The notes below the pieces were generated by a model, which saw only the letters and a list, made by a program, of their open reading frames with translations, did not search any database and was not told the DNA's origin. Both the position numbers and the translations under genes were made by a program. 64,000 bases of DNA from positions 41,770 to 105,769 of the forward strand of contig JBFMAY010000006.1 in assembly GCA_040755455.1 (NCBI GenBank). The letters are read 5' to 3'. Source of the stretch: Thermodesulfobacteriota bacterium (GTDB lineage Bacteria > Desulfobacterota > Desulfobulbia > Desulfobulbales > SURF-16). Shown here in pieces: positions 56,726 through 64,000 of the stretch (within the stretch, counting starts at the first letter, position 1; the number at the start of each line of letters is the position of its first letter).

Positions 56726-57457
56726 TTAACTTGTCAATTTCCCGACAGTGCTGATCGCCTTGGCGTCAATCTCATCATAGGTGCGGATCACCTTCTGCTG
56801 GGTTTCATAGGCCCTGTGCAGGTCGAGCATGGTGGTCATCTCGCTGACCAGGGAGACATTCGAGCTTTCGATAAACCCCTGTCTGACCGTGAAGTCGGTG
56901 GCCGGCTCCTCCTCGGCTCCCTCCGTTTTCAGCCGGAAAAGGTTCGTTCCTTCCTTTTCAATGTCGGTCAGGTTGGCAAAGGTGGCGATGTCAAAGCGGC
57001 CGGCAGTAACCCCGTCAACCATCAGGCTGCCGTCCGTGGCGACGGACACCTCGTTGCCGTTGATGACGATCGGTCCGTCAGTCCCCAAAACCAGGTGGCC
57101 GTCCGGGTTGACCAGCTGTCCCTCGCTGTTGACCAGGAAGTTGCCGGCTCTGGAGTAACGGACGCCCTGGGGGGTCTGCAGCTTAAAGAAACCATCGCCG
57201 CTGATGGCAAAATCCAACTGGTTGCCGGTGTTCTTGACCGAGCCTTCCTGGTGGTTTGTCAGTATTTTGAGGGCCTTGCCGACCCGCTGGCGGTTCTGGT
57301 TTGTGGTGTAGAGCATTTCCCAGAAGGTGATATCTTCCTTTTTGTAGCCGGGCGTATCAACATTGGCCAGATTGTTGGTGATCTGGTTCAGGCGCTGTCC
57401 CTGGGCAAGCATTGTTTCCGTGCTTTCAATGAGGCCTAAACGGTTTTTGATAAACAT
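56726..57457 (-). CDS. flgF: Proximal rod protein
   Basis: NNLANVDTPGYK, YSRAGNF and QGFIESSNV motifs. Lies upstream of flgG. Confidence 0.9.
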   Translation of the reverse strand: MFIKNRLGLIESTETMLAQGQRLNQITNNLANVDTPGYKKEDITFWEMLYTTNQNRQRVGKALKILTNHQEGSVKNTGNQLDFAISGDGFFKLQTPQGVRYSRAGNFLVNSEGQLVNPDGHLVLGTDGPIVINGNEVSVATDGSLMVDGVTAGRFDIATFANLTDIEKEGTNLFRLKTEGAEEEPATDFTVRQGFIESSNVSLVSEMTTMLDLHRAYETQQKVIRTYDEIDAKAISTVGKLTS

Positions 57458-57493
57458 GAATCCTCCGGCAAAAAGTGTTTTTTCGGGGCTTTT

Positions 57494-57508
57494 GCAACTC
57501 ATGTGCCA
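57494..57508 (-). promoter_or_regulatory. sigma54 promoter of flgFGAH
   Basis: Minus strand TGGCAC-ATGAG-TTGC(A), a full consensus match. Confidence 0.87.
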
Positions 57509-57696
57509 AATAGTTTACAGTGGTTGCGGCAACAGGAGGGGGAGGAAGTTTTTTTGCGACTTGATAGATTTATTCATTGAAATTAAGCCGTTAAGGCTGC
57601 TGCGCTGTTAAGCTGAGCCGGGTGGAGCCGAGAAGGCCGGCGCATGCGCGAGGCTGGCAGGAAGGAATGGGGGGGAAGAATTTTCCCGGTGGGCGC

Positions 57697-57990
57697 TTAT
57701 ACCTGGTATTTTTGGTTTGTCCGGTAGACAAAGGCCAGAATTTCGGCAACAATGAAATAGGTCGACTCGGGGATTTCCTCGTTGAGTTCGAGCCGGGAAA
57801 GCACCTCAACCAGATCGGCGTCTTCGTGGACGGGGATATTGTGCTCCCGGGCGAGTTCCAGCAATTTTTCCGCCAGCAACCCTATGCCCTTGCCGATCAC
57901 CTTGGGCGATGCGTCTTTTTTCTTGTCATAGCGGAGGGCGACCGCCTTTTTGTGCCGGACTTTTGTCTCGGAGCGTTTTCTGTCAATCAT
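57697..57990 (-). CDS. FlhB C-terminal-like protein (FlhX/YlqH type)
   Basis: KAVALRYD...PKVIGKG.G..AE...EIP...VAEILAF. Confidence 0.88.
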   Translation of the reverse strand: MIDRKRSETKVRHKKAVALRYDKKKDASPKVIGKGIGLLAEKLLELAREHNIPVHEDADLVEVLSRLELNEEIPESTYFIVAEILAFVYRTNQKYQV

Positions 57991-58053
57991 ATTACCTGAA
58001 ATCCCACGTGAAAGGTTGCCTTTCCATTGGACCGCAAATATGGTTAATTTTCA

Positions 58054-58749
58054 ATGAAATTTAAAAATCTCCTTCCCGGCCGGTTGAAAAAACGCTACAA
58101 ACGGTTTCTTGTTGATGTGGTGCTGGACGACGGGACTGAATTGACCGCCCATTGCCCCAATACCGGGAGCATGCGGGGCTGTCTTGCGGCAGGAAACCCA
58201 GTGTTGTTGTCCCTCTCCGGCAATCCGTCCCGTAAATATCCCTTTACCCTGGAAATGATCGAGGTAAATGGCTTTTGGGTGGGGGTCAACACCGCCCTCA
58301 CCAATCAGCTGGTGCGGGAAGGTATTGAAAATGGTGTGGTGACTGATTTCGGCGAGATCAACCGGATCCAGGCCGAGGTCAAGGTTTCCGCCAGAAGCCG
58401 GCTTGATTTTCTGCTCTGCCGCGGGACTGACAGGATCTATCTGGAAGTGAAAAACTGCACCCTGGTTGAGGGGGAAAAGGCCATGTTTCCAGATGCGGTA
58501 ACCAGCCGCGGCACCAGACATCTCCGGGAGCTGGCGGAACTTGTGCAAAACGGGCATGGGGCCGCGATTTTTTTCTGTGTGCAGCGCATGGACGGCGAGG
58601 TGTTTGCCCCGGCGGCCCACATTGATGCGGAGTATGCCCGGACGCTTTCGGAAATCGTCGGGCAGGGGGTGAGGGTGATGGCTTACCAGGCCCTGGTGGG
58701 GCCTGCGGAAATTCGTTTGACCCATGCCCTGCCTGTGCAGCTCGCATAG
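58054..58749 (+). CDS. sfsA: DNA/RNA nuclease SfsA
   Basis: RYKRFL, AHCPNTGSM, EVKN and FPDAVT.RG motifs. Confidence 0.94.
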   Translation: MKFKNLLPGRLKKRYKRFLVDVVLDDGTELTAHCPNTGSMRGCLAAGNPVLLSLSGNPSRKYPFTLEMIEVNGFWVGVNTALTNQLVREGIENGVVTDFGEINRIQAEVKVSARSRLDFLLCRGTDRIYLEVKNCTLVEGEKAMFPDAVTSRGTRHLRELAELVQNGHGAAIFFCVQRMDGEVFAPAAHIDAEYARTLSEIVGQGVRVMAYQALVGPAEIRLTHALPVQLA

Positions 58750-58781
58750 GTTTTCGTAACTAAAAAAAGCGGGATAAGGAA

Positions 58782-59501
58782 ATGAACACAGAGAAAGAAA
58801 AAGCCGTTGTTCTGTTAAGCGGCGGACTTGATTCCACCACTGTTCTGGCAATGGCGATAGCGCAGGGCTATGCCTGTTATTGCCTCAGTTTTTCCTACGG
58901 CCAGCGGCAGACCGTCGAGCTGGCCCGGGCCAAGGAGAATGCCCGGCGGATGGGGGCGGTTGATCATCTTGTCCTGCATCTTGATCTTGCTAAGATCGGC
59001 GGATCCGCCTTGACCGGCGATTTTGCCGTGCCGAAAAACCGCAGCGCAGTCGAGATGGAATCGTCCATTCCGGTGACCTATGTGCCGGGGCGTAATACCA
59101 TTTTTCTGGCCCATGCCATGGCATGGGCCGAGGTGCTTGGCGCTTTTCATATTTTCATCGGCATCAATGTGCTCGATTACAGCGGTTACCCCGATTGCCG
59201 GCCGGAGTATCTCGCGGCCTTTGCCAAGGTGGCTAATCTCGGGACGCGGGCCGGGGTGGAAAGCGGCCGGAGTTATAAAATTCACGCACCACTGATGCAT
59301 TTGACCAAAAAAGAGATTATTTTTAGAGGAAAGGCCCTGGGGGTGGATTACCGTCTCACCCACAGCTGTTATGACCCGGACAGCGAGGGAGCGGCCTGCG
59401 GCAGATGCGATGCCTGTCAGCTGCGGCTGAAAGGGTTTCATGAGGCGGGATTGGTTGACCCTGTTTTGTACCAGGCAAAGGGTGGAGAGGAAAATGGGTA
59501 A
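58782..59501 (+). CDS. queC: 7-cyano-7-deazaguanine synthase
   Basis: SGGLDS, TYVPGRN, YPDCR and SCY...CGRCDAC motifs. Confidence 0.96.
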   Translation: MNTEKEKAVVLLSGGLDSTTVLAMAIAQGYACYCLSFSYGQRQTVELARAKENARRMGAVDHLVLHLDLAKIGGSALTGDFAVPKNRSAVEMESSIPVTYVPGRNTIFLAHAMAWAEVLGAFHIFIGINVLDYSGYPDCRPEYLAAFAKVANLGTRAGVESGRSYKIHAPLMHLTKKEIIFRGKALGVDYRLTHSCYDPDSEGAACGRCDACQLRLKGFHEAGLVDPVLYQAKGGEENG

Positions 59502-60489
59502 ATTTGCGCAGCTGGGCCAGCTTTTCATGGTGGGTATTCCCGGCAAATATCTTGACGAATCCACCTTGCGGTTGATTGGTGAACAGGGAATTAATAACTT
59601 CATCATTTTCAAGCGCAATGTCGACAACCCGGAGCAGCTGAAACAACTCTGCGCCGGGGTGAAAGAAGCCTGCCAGAGGTTCAAGTTGCCGCCCCCGCTG
59701 ATTGCCATTGATCAGGAAGGCGGCACGGTAGCCCGGCTGCCTGCCCCATTTACCCAGTTTGCCGATGCCAGGGAGTTGGCCGGGGCCGCTGATCCTGTTG
59801 CCGCGCTGGCGGACTACGCCGCCACCTGTGCCAGGGAACTGACGCAGGCCGGCATCAATATGAATCTGGCGCCGGTCCTTGATGTGTGCCCTGCAGGCCA
59901 GGGTTTTTTTATGGAAAGACGCTCTCTGGGGACTGATCCGCAGGTGGTCGGGCAACTTGGGAGTCAGGTGATAAGGGATCTGCAGGCCGGGGGAGTAGCC
60001 GCCTGCGGCAAGCATTTCCCCGGTCTTGGCGGGGCAAAGCTTGATCCCCATCTGCTGCTGCCTGTTGTCGCCCGAACAATAGCCGAGATAAGGGCGGTTG
60101 ATCTTGTCCCGTTTCAACAGGCCATTGCCGCTGACGTGGCGGCAATTATGACCTCCCATACCATATATGAGCATTTGGATGGCGCAACTCCTGCAACATT
60201 GTCAAGGCATATTCTTGCCGATTTGCTGCGCATGGAGCTTGGCTTTGACGGCTTGATTATCACCGATGATCTGGAAATGGGAGCCATCGAAAATGAAAGA
60301 ACAGTGTCCGAGGCAGCCGTGCAGGCATTTAGCGCCGGGGCCGACATGATTTTGATCTGTCATGGGCATGAAAAAGTTCGTCTGGCCTATGACCGTTTGC
60401 TGGCGGCAATTTCCGCGGGTCAAGTCGCCTTGCCGCGCTGCGGCAAATCGTTGGCAAGAGTTGAGGCCGTGCGGCGACGATTTGCCTAA
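59494..60489 (+). CDS. nagZ: Beta-N-acetylhexosaminidase (GH3)
   Basis: IDQEGG, APVLD, KHFPG.G...DPH and TDDLEM motifs. Confidence 0.93.
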   Translation: MGKFAQLGQLFMVGIPGKYLDESTLRLIGEQGINNFIIFKRNVDNPEQLKQLCAGVKEACQRFKLPPPLIAIDQEGGTVARLPAPFTQFADARELAGAADPVAALADYAATCARELTQAGINMNLAPVLDVCPAGQGFFMERRSLGTDPQVVGQLGSQVIRDLQAGGVAACGKHFPGLGGAKLDPHLLLPVVARTIAEIRAVDLVPFQQAIAADVAAIMTSHTIYEHLDGATPATLSRHILADLLRMELGFDGLIITDDLEMGAIENERTVSEAAVQAFSAGADMILICHGHEKVRLAYDRLLAAISAGQVALPRCGKSLARVEAVRRRFA

Positions 60490-60656
60490 CGGCGTGAAAA
60501 AAACAAATGGATAACGAGAGAATGGTGGAGCCAAAAAAAATAATATGATACCATAAGGATACTCGGTGTGTCCGGCTCCGGCAGCCGGGGTCGGATGGAT
60601 GTTCCATTGCCGTATTGACACAGGTGATGCGGCAAAATTTTTCATGGAGGATGTGT

Positions 60657-61190
60657 ATGGAACTAAAGGTTGAAGGCCGTAATCTCGATGTAAGAAAATC
60701 TTGGCAGGATAGAATTGATGAGGAAAAAGAGCGGTTGATGCGTCATCATCCCGGGCTTATTCTCAACCTTCGTGTAACCATTGAGGAAACTACTTCCCAT
60801 AAGCAGGGCGGCTATGAAGTCAGGCTGGTAACAGGTGTTCCTAATGATACAGTGGTCGTCAAGAGAAAAGGAGATTCGGTGGCACCCTTGCTTGTTGATG
60901 CTTTTGATACCTTGGGCCTGCAGTTAAAGGAATTACAGCGCAAAAGGAGGCAGACCAACAAGGTGCCTGAAGCCGGAGGTGACATAGGGGCTGGATTTGG
61001 CGTGATCAAGCGGCTTTCTCCCTATGAATCCTATGGTTTTATTGTGGCCAGCGACGGACGTGAGATCTATTTTCACGAGAATGCCTTGAAGGATCTGGTT
61101 ATGGACCAGCTGGCCGAGGGCGACACGGTTTCCTTTGGTGTTACCGAAGGGCAAAAAGGGCCGCAGGCAACCTGGGTGCGCGCCGTGTGA
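60657..61190 (+). CDS. HPF/RaiA-like domain fused to a cold-shock domain
   Basis: N-terminal HPF-like region and C-terminal YGFI...EIYFH...GQKGPQA. Confidence 0.82.
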   Translation: MELKVEGRNLDVRKSWQDRIDEEKERLMRHHPGLILNLRVTIEETTSHKQGGYEVRLVTGVPNDTVVVKRKGDSVAPLLVDAFDTLGLQLKELQRKRRQTNKVPEAGGDIGAGFGVIKRLSPYESYGFIVASDGREIYFHENALKDLVMDQLAEGDTVSFGVTEGQKGPQATWVRAV

Positions 61191-61221
61191 TTGACAGTAA
61201 AAATTAAGTTCTAAAAAAACT

Positions 61222-61251
61222 GGGGCTTATTGTGAAGTAAGCCCCTTTTTT
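61222..61251 (+). terminator. Rho-independent terminator
   Basis: GGGGCTTA-N8-TAAGCCCC followed by a T run. Confidence 0.8.
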
Positions 61252-61276
61252 ATTCCCATTTGGGGGAGTTTCGCCA

Positions 61277-62329
61277 ATGACTGAACAGCGGGATCTTTTT
61301 GCAAAAATAGCTGCCAGAAAACAAGAACTGACCGGCAAGGTGCTTATCCTTTGCCATCATTATCAGCATGATGATGTCTTTCAGTTTGCCGATTTGACCG
61401 GTGATTCACTCAAGCTTGCCCGTGAAGCCGCTGAAGCTGGGAAATATCCGTATATTATTTTTTGCGGCGTGCATTTCATGGCGGAATCCGCCGATATTTT
61501 GACGGATGATGAGCAGGCGGTGATTTTGCCGGATCTCCATGCCGGTTGTCCCATGGCGGATATGGCGACCGTTGAGCAGGTTGCCGCCGCGTGGAGCGAG
61601 TTGGCGGAGGTATGCGGTGGGCAGACAATTGTCCCGGTTACCTACGTGAATTCTTCGGCCCGTATCAAGGCCTTTGTCGGCAACAGGGGAGGGTCGGTCT
61701 GCACCTCTTCCAACGCGGAGAGGGTTCTGACCTGGGCCTGGACAAGGGGAGAAAAGGTTTTCTTTTTCCCGGATGAGCATCTGGGGAGAAATTCCAGCAA
61801 GGCTCTGGGAATTGGTGATGATGAGATTGTCGTCTGGCAGCGGGGCAAGAAGCTTGGCGGCAACAGCGTGGAAAGGCTGGTAAAGGCCAGAACGATCCTG
61901 TGGAACGGTTACTGCCATGTGCATCAGGAATTTTTGGTGGAACAGATTCAGGGATGGCGGCAAAAGATGCCTGCCATACGCATCATCGTTCATCCTGAAA
62001 GCCCGTGGGAAGTGGTGCGGCAGGCGGATTACTACGGGTCCACCGAGAAAATTATCGCGGCGGTCCGTGAATCTGAGTCCGGGGCGGCCTGGGCCATCGG
62101 CACCGAGGTCAATCTGGTGAAGCGATTGCAAAAACAGCACCCGGACAAGATTGTTCATCTGCTGGCCCCAACCCCGTGCACCTGCGGCACCATGAGCAGC
62201 ATAACCCCCGCCAGTCTGCTGTGGGTGCTTGATAATCTGGCCCACGGCAAGGTGGTCAATCAGATTACTGTTGATGCGCAAACCGCGGCCGGAGCAAAGC
62301 TGGCCTTGGACCGCATGCTGGAGATATAA
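61277..62329 (+). CDS. nadA: Quinolinate synthase
   Basis: HHYQ, GDS, FCGVHFMAE, GCPMA, YVNSS, CTSSNA and CHVH motifs. Confidence 0.95.
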   Translation: MTEQRDLFAKIAARKQELTGKVLILCHHYQHDDVFQFADLTGDSLKLAREAAEAGKYPYIIFCGVHFMAESADILTDDEQAVILPDLHAGCPMADMATVEQVAAAWSELAEVCGGQTIVPVTYVNSSARIKAFVGNRGGSVCTSSNAERVLTWAWTRGEKVFFFPDEHLGRNSSKALGIGDDEIVVWQRGKKLGGNSVERLVKARTILWNGYCHVHQEFLVEQIQGWRQKMPAIRIIVHPESPWEVVRQADYYGSTEKIIAAVRESESGAAWAIGTEVNLVKRLQKQHPDKIVHLLAPTPCTCGTMSSITPASLLWVLDNLAHGKVVNQITVDAQTAAGAKLALDRMLEI

Positions 62330-62374
62330 GGCCCGCAAGGAAAATGTTCTCTTTCTTTCCTGTACCCGTCCCTC

Positions 62375-63028
62375 TTATAAGCCTTTCACGCTGATAAACT
62401 CAAAGTCTGGCAGTACCAGGCAGGTCAGCTGACCGCCGTAAACCGCTCCGGTATCAATGCCTATTTTGTTTTTGTCTATGAGCGGTTTATCAAACGGGGT
62501 GTGGCCGAAGACCACCCTTTTGCCGAAATCATAACGGGAATCCAGGAACTGATCTCTGGCCCAGCAGCACCAGCGGGGGGACTGCTGGCTCAAGTGGACG
62601 TGCGGCTGTAAGCCGGCATGGACATAAATGTAATCCCTGTCTTCCCAGAAAAGCAGCAGTTCTTTGAAAAAATGAAGATGACTGACCGGAATGTGTGCGG
62701 CGATCCGGCCGGTAAAGGGCGGCATGATGCCGTAACTTTCCAGGGTTTTGTCGCCGCCCATCCGCAGATAAAAGTCCCGTTCTTCGCCGGCCAGGGAGGC
62801 GAGAAATATCTGTTCGTGATTGCCCAGGAGGGGAATCACCCGGCCTGGGGCCTCCTCCATCAGCCGGATCACCTCGGAGACCACTTTTTTTGAATCCGGA
62901 CCCCGGTCAATATAATCACCGAGAAAAATAATCGTGTCCCGGCTGAGATCGGGATGGATTTTATCCAGCAGTTCCAGCAGAGATGCGTGGCAACCGTGGA
63001 TATCGCCGATCACATAGCTTCTTGCCAT
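62375..63028 (-). CDS. Metallophosphoesterase (PPP-family Ser/Thr phosphatase-like)
   Basis: GDIHG, GDYIDRG, GNHE, HAG, GHT and DTG motifs. Confidence 0.92.
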   Translation of the reverse strand: MARSYVIGDIHGCHASLLELLDKIHPDLSRDTIIFLGDYIDRGPDSKKVVSEVIRLMEEAPGRVIPLLGNHEQIFLASLAGEERDFYLRMGGDKTLESYGIMPPFTGRIAAHIPVSHLHFFKELLLFWEDRDYIYVHAGLQPHVHLSQQSPRWCCWARDQFLDSRYDFGKRVVFGHTPFDKPLIDKNKIGIDTGAVYGGQLTCLVLPDFEFISVKGL

Positions 63029-63035
63029 GATCCGC

Positions 63036-64000
63036 CTATCTGGAGGACTGCCAGGAGCGGAGAAGTTCCATTGCCTCCTTTCGCTCCGGGAATTCGATGT
63101 TTTCCCGCAGACATTCTTTTAATTCCCGCAGTGCTTCGTCGTCCGCCCCCTGCCCCTTGAGGGAAAGGGCCAGATGATAGCGGATGGTGGGCACATTAGG
63201 CAGGGCGACCAGGGCTTCTCTGAACTGGGTGGTGGCCAGGTCGTAAGCATCCCGTTTGTAATGGATGAATCCCAGGGTATCGCTGATATTGGGGTCGTTT
63301 GGCAGCCGTTCTTTGGCAATCAAGGCCAGCCGCAAAGCCTCGCCCAAGTCGGGATTCGCTTCCTGGGTGAGGAGCCAGGCAAGATTATTTGCCGCTGGTG
63401 CGAATTTGGGATCACGCTCAAGGAGCTGGCGGTAGGTTTTCTTCGCCTCTTCAGGTTTGCCGCTCTGTTCGTAAAGAGGTCCCAATCCCATCAGGGCTTG
63501 TAAAGAGTCCGGCTGGTTTTTCAGCAATGACTGGTATTGGGCGATGGCCTCACCGCCTTTGCCGCTTTTTTCCATGATGCGGGCAATCATGATGTAGGGC
63601 TGGGGGTTTTCAGGTACAAGCGCCTGGGCCTTGTGAAAAGCGGTGCTTGCGGCTTCAAGCTCCCCTTGTCTGAACAGCAGATCGCCCAGCAGCAGCAAGT
63701 TGCCGGGGTTGTCAGGGTACTTCTCCTGCTGGTGGCGAACGCGTTCAATGGCTTTTTTGGGCTGTTTGTTTTGCATGTCAATGGCAGCCAGGGTGGCGAG
63801 GGCCGGGGTGTAATCCGGTTTGATGCGCAGTATTTCTTCAAGCAGTGGTATTGCCTGCGGATATTCCTGCCGCGCTAGTCTAGTCAGGGCCAGATTGTGG
63901 AAGACCTCAATGCTTTCCGGCAGCATTTCATTCATTTGGGTGAAAACCTTCAGGGCATTGTCTGTTTTGCCTGCGTAGAGAAAGCTTTGCCCAAGGATGA
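63036..64000 (-). CDS. TPR-repeat protein (PrsT-like), 5' end outside the window
   Basis: Tandem TPRs, ANNLAW...DTLG...YHLAL. The reading frame stays open to the window edge. Confidence 0.85.
   Translation of the reverse strand, partial: ILGQSFLYAGKTDNALKVFTQMNEMLPESIEVFHNLALTRLARQEYPQAIPLLEEILRIKPDYTPALATLAAIDMQNKQPKKAIERVRHQQEKYPDNPGNLLLLGDLLFRQGELEAASTAFHKAQALVPENPQPYIMIARIMEKSGKGGEAIAQYQSLLKNQPDSLQALMGLGPLYEQSGKPEEAKKTYRQLLERDPKFAPAANNLAWLLTQEANPDLGEALRLALIAKERLPNDPNISDTLGFIHYKRDAYDLATTQFREALVALPNVPTIRYHLALSLKGQGADDEALRELKECLRENIEFPERKEAMELLRSWQSSR

Overview
This 64-kb window comes from an anaerobic deltaproteobacterium (Desulfobacterota). A Desulfobulbales-like host is my inference from gene content and has not been tested. 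The window has four blocks. (1) ~3.4-30.4 kb: an OmcS cytochrome-nanowire locus and its regulators. It holds a hexaheme OmcS orthologue, the companion assembly genes (NHL and YncE beta-propellers, an outer-membrane beta-barrel, two CsgG/PelC-like lipoproteins, a SurA-like PPIase, 26-heme and 16-heme cytochromes) and a membrane-fused spermidine-synthase-like gene. It also holds sigma54 promoters, a heme-c sensor kinase with a sigma54 activator, a REC-PilZ protein and a c7-type hexaheme cytochrome. A GEMM-I riboswitch with the c-di-GMP-type G20 lies just upstream of omcS, and an NspS/MbaA-like pair (polyamine-binding protein plus GGDEF-EAL) closes the block. Together these suggest a polyamine -> c-di-GMP -> riboswitch -> nanowire circuit, which is inference only. 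(2) 30.6-39 kb: oxidative and nitrosative stress genes (perR, desulfoferrodoxin, ferritin, flavodiiron protein, hcp operon) and a YeeE pair. (3) 39-45.5 kb and 58-64 kb: housekeeping genes (plsY, PpiD-like, polA, sfsA, queC, nagZ, nadA). (4) 45.6-58 kb: flagellar genes flgFGAHIJNKL-csrA-fliW and flgM, where the very long FlgK and FlgL share a homologous insertion. I saw no rRNA, tRNA, CRISPR array or mobile element. Homologies are recognised by eye and from memory, not from database searches.
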